Origin: Vulcanimicrobiota bacterium
GTDB lineage: Bacteria; Vulcanimicrobiota; Vulcanimicrobiia; Vulcanimicrobiales; Vulcanimicrobiaceae
Direction: 5' to 3'
Assembly (NCBI GenBank): GCA_003135555.1
Contig: PLCF01000019.1
Location: 1 to 31,250, forward strand
DNA length: 31,250 nucleotides
The translations under genes and the position numbers were made by a program. Shown one piece after another: positions 20,087 through 27,753 of the stretch (position 1 is the stretch's first letter; each line of letters opens with the position of its first letter). Under the pieces are notes generated by a model. That model was not told the DNA's origin and made no database searches. It saw only the letters and a list, made by a program, of their open reading frames with translations.

Positions 20087-21598
20087 ATGCGACGTTCCCC
20101 CCTCGCCGTCGCGGCGCTGCTCGCGTTCGCGTCCCCGTTCGTGCCGGCGTCTGCCGCCGATCCCGGAACCGTCACGATCACGCAAGGCGTCGACACCAGC
20201 ACCCTCGACCCGCTCAAAGCGTCGGTGACGCCCGACACCAACGTGCAGGCGCAGATCTTCGACACGCTGGCGCGGCGTTCGGCCGACGGCTCGTCGTTGG
20301 TACCGCAGCTCGCGACGTCGTGGAAGCGCATCGCGCCCACGGTGTGGGAGTTCAAGCTACGCCGCGGCGTCACGTTCTCCAACGGCGACCCGTTCACCAG
20401 CGCCGACGTGAAGTACAGCGTCGAGAAGGTCCTCGATCCGGCCTACAAGTCGCAGCAGCTGCCGCGCGTCGACACGGTCGCGCGCGTCGAGACGCCCGAT
20501 CCGCTGACGGTCCGCTTCATCACCAAGCGGCCGACGCCGCTCGCACCCACGATCACGCGGCCGATCTTCATCGCCGACGCGAAGTTCTGGCAGGAGCACG
20601 GCGACGCGTACGTGGCGGAGCACCCGATGGGCACCGGGCCCTACGTGCTCAAGTCATGGCACCGCGACGATGCGCTGGAGCTCGAGGCGAACCCGCGCTA
20701 CTGGGGCGGCCCGCCGCCCATCGCGCACGTCGTCTTCAAGCCGATGCCCGAGTCGGGGACGCGCGTCTCGGCGCTGCGCACCGGCGCGACCGACCTCATC
20801 ACCAACGTTCCGTTCCAGTACGCGACGCTGCTGGCGGGAGGAACCAATACCCGCATGGCCAGCGCGCGCAGCGTGCGCGTGCTCTACGTCGCGTTCAACA
20901 CACTGCAGCCGGGGCCGCAGCAGAACGTGCTGGTACGCCAGGCGCTCAACTACGCCATCGACGTCCCGGCGATCGTCAAAGCGGTGCTGGGTGGACGTGC
21001 GTACGAGCTGGGCGAGCCGATCCCGCCCAGCTTCTTCGGCTACGATCCGTCGCTGGCGCCGTATCACCACGATCTCGCCAAGGCCAAAGAGCTCTTGGCC
21101 AAAGCCGGCTATCCGGACGGAAAGGGGCTTTCGCTCACGCTCTACGCGCCGCAGGGGCGATACAACGGCGACAAGGAGGTCGCGCTGGCGATCGGCGGAC
21201 AGCTGCAGGCCGCCGGCGTGCACGTCGACGTGCGCACCCAAGAGTGGGTCAGCTACTACGCCCAGACGTTGCGGCGCGCGATCTCGCCGATGTACATGCT
21301 GGGCTGGGGAAACATCACCTACGACGCCGACAACACCCTGTCGTCACAGCTCGTCTCCGACGCGGTCTCGTCGACCTACGCCAACCCGGCCGTGGACAAG
21401 CTCGTCGATGCGGCGCGCTACGAGCTCGACACCACGAAGCGCAAGGCGCTCTACGCCAAGGCGCTGCGGATCATCCACGACGATGCGCCGTGGCTGTTCC
21501 TGTTTCAATACGAGGATCTCTACGCGACCTCGAAACGGCTGCAATGGCAGCCCCGCCCCGACGAAGCGATCTACTGCACCGAGATGCGGCTGAAGTGA
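20087..21598 (+). CDS. ABC transporter substrate-binding protein, family 5 (copy 2)
   Basis: Signal peptide MRRSPLAVAALLAFA; same family-5 motifs as copy 1 and collinear with it. Confidence 0.94.
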   Translation: MRRSPLAVAALLAFASPFVPASAADPGTVTITQGVDTSTLDPLKASVTPDTNVQAQIFDTLARRSADGSSLVPQLATSWKRIAPTVWEFKLRRGVTFSNGDPFTSADVKYSVEKVLDPAYKSQQLPRVDTVARVETPDPLTVRFITKRPTPLAPTITRPIFIADAKFWQEHGDAYVAEHPMGTGPYVLKSWHRDDALELEANPRYWGGPPPIAHVVFKPMPESGTRVSALRTGATDLITNVPFQYATLLAGGTNTRMASARSVRVLYVAFNTLQPGPQQNVLVRQALNYAIDVPAIVKAVLGGRAYELGEPIPPSFFGYDPSLAPYHHDLAKAKELLAKAGYPDGKGLSLTLYAPQGRYNGDKEVALAIGGQLQAAGVHVDVRTQEWVSYYAQTLRRAISPMYMLGWGNITYDADNTLSSQLVSDAVSSTYANPAVDKLVDAARYELDTTKRKALYAKALRIIHDDAPWLFLFQYEDLYATSKRLQWQPRPDEAIYCTEMRLK

Positions 21599-23235
21599 CC
21601 GTGATCGCCACGGCCGGCCTCTCCTGGCCCACCCGCGCGGTGGCGCGCTCGACGCGCGCGATGGTCGCGTCGCCGCACGCGCTCGCGACCGCCGCCGGCG
21701 TCGACGTGCTGCGCCGCGGCGGCAATGCGGTCGACGCGGCGATCGCGGCGAACGCCGTGCTGACGGTGGTCTATCCGGCGAGCTGCGGGATCGGCGGCGA
21801 CGCCTTCTGGATCGTCCACGACCCCAGCCGCGTCGTGCGCGACAGCCACGCACTCCGCACCGTCTCCTACAATGGCAGCGGCCGCACGCCGCTGGGCGCT
21901 TCGATCGACCGGCTCCCCAACGGGGAGCTGCCGCAGCGCGGCGCACTGAGCGTCACCGTCCCGGGCGCGGTGCGCTCGTGGGAAGACGTCGCGCGCGCCC
22001 ACGGCAGCTGCGGGCTCGACGAGCTACTCGCGCCGGCCGAACTCTACGCGCGCAACGGCTGCGCGATCACCGACGTCGTGGCCAACTATGCCGCGCTCAA
22101 CGCCGCGATGCTGCGTGCGGACGGCGACGCCGCCCGGATCTTCCTGCCCGACGGCGTGCCACCGCGTCCGGGCGACCTGCTGTGCAACCGCGAGCTCGGC
22201 GAGACGCTCAGCGCCATCCGGCGCCACGGTGCGGACGCCTTCTACACCGGAGCGATCGCGGAGAGCATCGTACGCACGCTCAACCGGGGCGGCAACCTCA
22301 TGACGCTCGACGACCTCGCCGGGCACCGCACCGAGACGACGGTGCCGCTGGCGATCGATTGGAACGGCGGCCAACTGCTGACGCACCCGCCCAACTCTCA
22401 AGGCGCGTGTCTGCTGCTCGGCGCCGGCATGCTGGCCGCGGACGGCGGCGCCGACGAACCGTTGTGGCACCATCTCGGCGTCGAAGCGATGAAGCGCGCC
22501 ATGGCGATCCGCGACGCGACCTTCCGCGATCCGGCGTTCGGGCCGACCGGGATCGAGCGGGAACTCACGCCCGAGCGGCTGCGCGAGCTGCGCGGCGCGA
22601 TCGATCCGAACCGTGCGAGCACCGCCACCCATCCGCCCGATCGCGGCGGCACGATCTTCCTGTGCGTGGTCGACGAAGACGGCATGGCCGTCTCGCTCAT
22701 CGAGAGCCTCTACATGAACTACGGCTCGGGCGTGGTCGCCGAAGGCACCGGGATCGTGCTGCAAAACCGCGGCGCCTACTTCTCGACCCAGCCCGGCCAC
22801 CCCAACGCGTACGAGGGCGGGAAGCGCCCGCTGCACACCCTTTCGCCGCCGATGTTCTTGCGCGACGGTTCGCCCGAGATCGTCTTCGGCACGATGGGCG
22901 GCGACGGCCAGCCGCAGATTCTGTTGCAGATCTTGCATCAGATGGTCGATCGCGGCCTCGACGTGCAACGCGCCCTCGATCACCCGCGCTGGGTGTACGG
23001 TCGCCATACCCTCACCGAGCGCCCCGATCTGGATCCGGCCGAGATGGTGCTGGTGGAGTCGCGGATCTCCGAGGAGATCGTCGCCGGCCTGGAACGGCGC
23101 GGCCACACGGTTGCAGCGCTCGGACCGTACGAGAACGCCATGGGGCACGCCCACGGGATCGTGATCGATCGCGAGCGTGGCACGCTGGCCGGCGGCTCCG
23201 ATCCACGCGCCGACTCGCTCGCGCTGGGGCTGTGA
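21595..23235 (+). CDS. Gamma-glutamyltransferase family Ntn-hydrolase
   Basis: GGNAVDAAIA, CGIGGDAF, SVTVPG, nucleophile Thr in GGTIFLCVVD, LQNRG, KRPLHT, GTMGGDGQPQ and GSDPR. GTGA overlap with the SBP stop. Confidence 0.93.
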   Translation: MTVIATAGLSWPTRAVARSTRAMVASPHALATAAGVDVLRRGGNAVDAAIAANAVLTVVYPASCGIGGDAFWIVHDPSRVVRDSHALRTVSYNGSGRTPLGASIDRLPNGELPQRGALSVTVPGAVRSWEDVARAHGSCGLDELLAPAELYARNGCAITDVVANYAALNAAMLRADGDAARIFLPDGVPPRPGDLLCNRELGETLSAIRRHGADAFYTGAIAESIVRTLNRGGNLMTLDDLAGHRTETTVPLAIDWNGGQLLTHPPNSQGACLLLGAGMLAADGGADEPLWHHLGVEAMKRAMAIRDATFRDPAFGPTGIERELTPERLRELRGAIDPNRASTATHPPDRGGTIFLCVVDEDGMAVSLIESLYMNYGSGVVAEGTGIVLQNRGAYFSTQPGHPNAYEGGKRPLHTLSPPMFLRDGSPEIVFGTMGGDGQPQILLQILHQMVDRGLDVQRALDHPRWVYGRHTLTERPDLDPAEMVLVESRISEEIVAGLERRGHTVAALGPYENAMGHAHGIVIDRERGTLAGGSDPRADSLALGL

Positions 23236-23254
23236 ACCGGCCCGCGCGGCGGCG

Positions 23255-24856
23255 CTAGTCGCGCGCTTCGTACAGCGCGCGGGCGCGGGCTATCACGTCG
23301 TTGTCGAGCCCCAGCAGCCGCGCCAGCTCGAGCGCGTCCGAGGCCGCATCGCCGTCGCGCGCGTCGACGATGCGGTAGTCCATCGCCGCGTTGATCGCGT
23401 CGAGCGCCGCGTCGAGGTCGTCGGCTGCGACCGCATCGAGCGCGTGCGCCCGGAGGCCTGCGATGCGCAGGTGTGGGACGCCGGCCGCCGCGGCGACGCC
23501 GTCGAAGTGGGTCGCGACGAGCGCGAACGCACCGCGCGCGCGCAACGCCTCGACGAACGCGACCAGCAGCGCCCGCCCTTCGCGAGGGCCGGTAGTGCGC
23601 GCGAACTCGTCGACGAGCACGAGCGCACGCGCCGAAGCCGCGGCCAAGGTTTCGCGCGCGCGGACCACTTCGGCGGCATACGCCGAGAGCAGCCGCGTGC
23701 GTTCGCCCGGCCCCTCGCCGCCGATCCACGTCAGCGAGTCGCAGAGCGGGAGCGCTGCCGAGCGCGCCGGCGGCGGGACGCCGAGCGCGACACAGGCGCA
23801 CAAGAAGCCCGTCGTCGCGAGCGCGGCGCTCTTGCCGCCCATGTTCGGACCGGTCAGCACCGCCACGCCGGGCAGCTCGATCGACAGCGGCGTATACCGG
23901 TGGCCGCGCGCCGCCAGGGCGCCGGCGAGCGGCGCGAACGTCGCGTCCTCGAACGCGAACCTGCCGAGGCTCAGCTCCGGAACGCAGCCGCCCCACCGCT
24001 GGGTAAAGGCGACGCGCGCGAGCGTGCGATCGAGCGCGCCCAATGCGCGCGTCGCCGCGCCGACCGCCTCAGCTTGGCGGGCCACGCTCTCGGCCAGCGC
24101 GCGCCGCGCGTCATCCTCGGCTACGGTCAAGCGCGCCAGCGCGGCGTCGCGTTGCGGTGCGACGACGCGCAACGCCGCCACGCGGTAGGTCGGCGTCTCG
24201 CGCACGAGCACCACACCGTCGGGCAGCGGCCCGTCGTAGACGTCGTGCAGCACGACGAACTCGTCACCGGCCGGATCGATGCCGATCGCGTCGCGGACGC
24301 GCGCGGCGATCGCCTCACGCCGTGCATCGTATTCCGCTTCGGCCTGGGCGAGCGCCGCGCGCGCCGCGTGCAATGGGGGCGCGAACGCGTCGGCCAGGTA
24401 GAACCCCGCGCCGTCGCGCCCGGGCGCGAGCAGCTCGCGCAGCGCGTCGACCGCCGGGACCGGCACATGATCCGGAGCTGCGCCGTTGTCACCCTGAGCC
24501 TGTCGAAGGACCGCAGCCTCCCAAGCGCGGGCGACGGCGTCGAGGCCGTCGACGAAGCGTCCCAATTCGTAGAAGTCGACGTCGCCGAGCGGATCGCCGG
24601 CGCGCGCGCGCGCAACGATCGGTTGCGGTTCGGGAACGGCGCGCAACGCCGCGCGCAGCCGCCCGACGCCGTCGTGGTCGAGTTGCTCGGCGAGCGCCAC
24701 GATTTGGGCCATCTCCGCGAGCGCGCGTGCCTCGTCGCCCGGAGCATAAGCCGGCGTCGCTTCGTCGTGCCGCCGGCCGAACGCGCCGCCGGGCACCAGG
24801 GCCGCGCGCAGCCAAGGCAGCCCGATGCGCTCGGCGCTGACCGCGTCGAGCTTCAC
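23255..24856 (-). CDS. kamC: MutS-domain-V ATPase, lysine 5,6-aminomutase reactivase KamC-like
   Basis: VLTGPNMGGKS, LSAYAAEV, LVLVDEFARTTGPREG and LVATHF; no MutS mismatch-binding or Smr domain seen; GTGA overlap with the kamB-like gene. Confidence 0.72.
   Translation of the reverse strand: MKLDAVSAERIGLPWLRAALVPGGAFGRRHDEATPAYAPGDEARALAEMAQIVALAEQLDHDGVGRLRAALRAVPEPQPIVARARAGDPLGDVDFYELGRFVDGLDAVARAWEAAVLRQAQGDNGAAPDHVPVPAVDALRELLAPGRDGAGFYLADAFAPPLHAARAALAQAEAEYDARREAIAARVRDAIGIDPAGDEFVVLHDVYDGPLPDGVVLVRETPTYRVAALRVVAPQRDAALARLTVAEDDARRALAESVARQAEAVGAATRALGALDRTLARVAFTQRWGGCVPELSLGRFAFEDATFAPLAGALAARGHRYTPLSIELPGVAVLTGPNMGGKSAALATTGFLCACVALGVPPPARSAALPLCDSLTWIGGEGPGERTRLLSAYAAEVVRARETLAAASARALVLVDEFARTTGPREGRALLVAFVEALRARGAFALVATHFDGVAAAAGVPHLRIAGLRAHALDAVAADDLDAALDAINAAMDYRIVDARDGDAASDALELARLLGLDNDVIARARALYEARD
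24487..24510 (+). repeat. REP-like short palindromic element embedded in a CDS
   Basis: TGTCACCCTGAGCCTGTCGAAGGA resembles the widespread GTCA(C/T)CCTGAGC..GTCGAAGG repeats; single copy in this window. Confidence 0.6.
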
Positions 24857-25767
24857 GCGACGAGATCCGCGAGCACGTCGAACGCCGGGAGCCCGGTCGC
24901 GCGCGCCACCGCCGCGACCAGCTCGCGCGGTGCGAGCGTCGTCGCGCGGCCGTGCGAGGAGGTCGTGCACGCCACCACGCGCAGCGGGCGTTCGCAGCGC
25001 AGGTCGACCGTCGCGCGCAACTGCGCGAAGAGCGCGCCGCGGACGGCGATCCGGGTCGGATCCTCGACGACGACCGTCGCCGCGCGCGCATCGCGCAGCA
25101 GCTCCTCGGCGTCGCGCGCGTCGAGCGCGCCGGTGACGATGACGACGCGACCTCGCTCCCGCGCCGGATCGCGCGCCGGAACCGTGAGCCGCGCGACGGT
25201 CTCCGCGGCGACCTCGGCGACCCGCGCGATCGTTGCGCCGCTCGCGGCGCCGGTCGCGACGATCACCGCGTCGTCCCCGCCGGCCAGCGGAGCGATGCGG
25301 TCGATCGCGCCGTCCACGATGACGGGACCCGGGCACAGCGCGTGCAGGCGGTCGATCGTGCGGCGCATCCCGCGCGCGGTCGGCGGACCGGCCAGCTCGC
25401 ACGTCGTGGTCAGCACGACGCGTGCGAACACCGTCGCGCCGAGCGCGCCGTCGTCGCCGGCGCCCACGATCGCGAACGCCGGGCTGCGCGGCACGAGCGC
25501 CGCCGCCAGCGCGACGAACGTCCCGGCCGGCAACCGGATGCGCGGCTTGACCGCGGCATCGAGGGCGTCGAACGCTTCGCCGTCACGCCCGATCGAGGTG
25601 ACCGCGATCGGCGTGCCGCTGCGGTGCGCGACGGCACGCAGCGCGTTGAAGGTCGTCGTTTTGCCGGCATTCTTCGCGGTGCCGACGACGATCACGCTGC
25701 GGCCGCGCGCGAGCGCGAGCGCGTACAGCGCTTCAGCTGCCGAGGTTGAAGAACTTGAGCGCGGCAA
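24853..25767 (-). CDS. kamB: P-loop protein, lysine 5,6-aminomutase reactivase KamB-like (start uncertain)
   Basis: VGTAKNAGKTTT, VTSIGRDGE, KPRI, ELAGP, VDGAIDR and IVATGAA, as recalled from the gene upstream of the MutS-like gene in lysine-fermentation clusters. Confidence 0.72.
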   Translation of the reverse strand: MPRSSSSTSAAEALYALALARGRSVIVVGTAKNAGKTTTFNALRAVAHRSGTPIAVTSIGRDGEAFDALDAAVKPRIRLPAGTFVALAAALVPRSPAFAIVGAGDDGALGATVFARVVLTTTCELAGPPTARGMRRTIDRLHALCPGPVIVDGAIDRIAPLAGGDDAVIVATGAASGATIARVAEVAAETVARLTVPARDPARERGRVVIVTGALDARDAEELLRDARAATVVVEDPTRIAVRGALFAQLRATVDLRCERPLRVVACTTSSHGRATTLAPRELVAAVARATGLPAFDVLADLVA

Positions 25768-26305
25768 AGGCTAGACCGGTGAGCACGAGCACGATGCCCG
25801 CCCACAGCGCCGCGGTTTCTTCGGCGACGATCCCCAAGCGCTTGCCCAGCGCGAGTCCCAGCGTCGTCGAGAGCAGCGACGCGACGCCGATGAAAACCAA
25901 GCTGACCCCCAGCGGCACGCCGATGTAGAGGATCGAGAACCCGATCCCCAGCGAGTCGAGGCTGATCGAAAGCGCGCCGAGCATGAGTCCCCAGCCGCGC
26001 GAGAGGTCGAAGCCGCCACCTTCTTCCGTTCCGTGCAGCGCCTCATAGATCATGTAGGCGCCCACGCCGGCGAGCGCGGCGAAGCCGAGGTAGCCCGCAG
26101 CGTCGCCGAGCAGCTTCCCCGCCGCCTGGCCCAGCAACACGCCGACGATCGTCATCGTGATCTCGGCGGCCGCGAAGGCGGCACCGATGCGCAGCTTCAC
26201 CGCTCGATCGGTCCCTTTCATCCCGACGCCGACCGACACGGCGAAGACATCGAGCCCCAGCGAGACCGAGACGAAGAGGATCTTGAAAAACGCGGCGATG
26301 CTCAC
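25733..26305 (-). CDS. mntP: Manganese efflux pump MntP family (DUF204)
   Basis: Hydrophobic 190 aa with duplicated SLGLDVFAVS and SISLDSLGIG motifs. Confidence 0.82.
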   Translation of the reverse strand: MSIAAFFKILFVSVSLGLDVFAVSVGVGMKGTDRAVKLRIGAAFAAAEITMTIVGVLLGQAAGKLLGDAAGYLGFAALAGVGAYMIYEALHGTEEGGGFDLSRGWGLMLGALSISLDSLGIGFSILYIGVPLGVSLVFIGVASLLSTTLGLALGKRLGIVAEETAALWAGIVLVLTGLAFAALKFFNLGS

Positions 26306-26339
26306 GCAGAGCCCGCGGCGAATCGATGGTTCGGGACCG

Positions 26340-26735
26340 CTATGCGCCCAGGACCCAATCCATCGGGTCGGTGAGCAGCTGGTGCACGGTCGTGCGCAAT
26401 TGCAGCAGCGTGAACGGCTTGTTGAGAAACGCGTTGGCGCCGGCCGTGCGGGCGCGCTCGTCCATCGCGTAGTTGTTGTGCCCGCTGATCATGACGATCG
26501 GCATCCGAGCGGTGGCCGCGTTCTGCCTGACCTGCGCGATCAGCTCGATCCCCGAGATCCCCGGCAGCATGAAGTCGCTGATGAGGATGTCGTACGGTTC
26601 GTCGCGCTGGATGTGGACGAGCGCGCTCTCCGCATCGCTGCACGCCGTGACGGCATACGGTCCTTTGCCGAGAATCGTAACGATCAAGGTGCAAATCTCG
26701 GGATCGTCGTCGGCAACGAGGACGCGCCACGCCAT
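26340..26735 (-). CDS. Single-domain response regulator (CheY-like receiver)
   Basis: VLVADDD, DILISDFMLPGISG (phospho-Asp), IVMISG and FLNKPF; no output domain. Confidence 0.93.
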   Translation of the reverse strand: MAWRVLVADDDPEICTLIVTILGKGPYAVTACSDAESALVHIQRDEPYDILISDFMLPGISGIELIAQVRQNAATARMPIVMISGHNNYAMDERARTAGANAFLNKPFTLLQLRTTVHQLLTDPMDWVLGA

Positions 26736-26864
26736 CCTCCTCGCTTCCGGGGTTCGCGATCCGTCGCCTACGGGTCGAGTGAAAAGAGCGTGAAAAGGCA
26801 ACGTCGGGCATTGGACGCGTGGTACCCCGAGGGCCGTGCCCGATCATGCCGAAGCCGCCGGTTC

Positions 26865-27752
26865 GTGGCAGTCCTCGACGTGATCCAGACCCCGGCGTTC
26901 CAGCAGCGGTTCTTCTTCCTCGCCAAACGCTTCATCGCCGGGGAGACCGTCGATCAGGCGATGGACGCCGTCGCCGGCATCAACGCGCAGGGAATGTCCG
27001 CGACGCTCGACTTCCTGGGCGAAGACGTCGCGACGCACGAGGAGGCGGCGCGCACGCGCGACGCCTACTTCGAGCTCCTCGCCGCGATCCGCGCCCGCAA
27101 CGTCGAGGCAAACGTCTCGGTGAAGCTGACCGCGATCGGGCTGCTGGTCGACGAGGACCTGGCGCTCGAGAACCTGCGTTCGATCCTCGGCGCCGCAGCG
27201 CGCAACCGCGATCCCTTCGTTCGCATCGACATGGAAGGCTCGGCGGTTACCGACGCCACGCTGCGCGTTTTCGAGCGCGCGTACGCCGAGACCAAAGACG
27301 TGGGGCCCGTCCTGCAAGCGTACCTGAAGCGCACGCCCGCCGACGTCGATCGCATCGTCGCCATCGGCGCCCGCGTGCGCCTGTGCAAAGGCGCCTACAG
27401 CGAACCGCCGTCGATCGCGTACGCGGACATGGCGACGATCCGCCGAGAGTACTTGCGCTGCGCCGAAACGTTGCTCGAACGCGGTTCCTACGCCGGTCTG
27501 GCCACGCACGACGCGCGCCTGATCGCCGGCGCGCAGACGTTTGCGACGGAGCGCGGCATCGCGCGCAGCCGCTTCGAGTTCCAGATGCTCTACGGCGTGC
27601 GCCCGGAGTTGCAGCGGCGCCTCGTCTCTGACGGCTACCGCGTGCGCATCTACGTCCCGTACGGAACGCATTGGGCCGGGTATTTCTACCGCCGCGTCAC
27701 CGAGCGCCGCGAGAACGCGCTCTTCGCCCTGCGCTCGCTGTTCGGGCGCTAG
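26865..27752 (+). CDS. Monofunctional proline dehydrogenase
   Basis: RFIAGET, TLDFLGE, SVKLT, RIDME, LQAYL, RLCKGAY, ATHD, EFQMLYG, YVPYG and RRVTER. Confidence 0.94.
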   Translation: MAVLDVIQTPAFQQRFFFLAKRFIAGETVDQAMDAVAGINAQGMSATLDFLGEDVATHEEAARTRDAYFELLAAIRARNVEANVSVKLTAIGLLVDEDLALENLRSILGAAARNRDPFVRIDMEGSAVTDATLRVFERAYAETKDVGPVLQAYLKRTPADVDRIVAIGARVRLCKGAYSEPPSIAYADMATIRREYLRCAETLLERGSYAGLATHDARLIAGAQTFATERGIARSRFEFQMLYGVRPELQRRLVSDGYRVRIYVPYGTHWAGYFYRRVTERRENALFALRSLFGR

Positions 27753-27753
27753 C

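Noticed and set aside
19981..21594. 1084-aa ORF suggesting a long N-terminal extension or SBP-GGT fusion
   Set aside because: The first 538 codons are an Arg/Ala-rich alternate frame over the SBP gene. GGT similarity starts at the GTGA overlap at 21595, and I saw no slippery site.
23255..24856. DNA mismatch repair mutS/mutS2 call
   Set aside because: Only about 533 aa, with no mismatch-binding or Smr domain seen; coupling to a KamB-like gene fits a reactivase better.
11566..25774. Long antisense ORFs (11566-13743, 13034-14398, 14825-16210, 17501-19849, 23177-25774)
   Set aside because: Shadow frames of well-supported opposite-strand genes in high-GC DNA, with no recognisable motifs.
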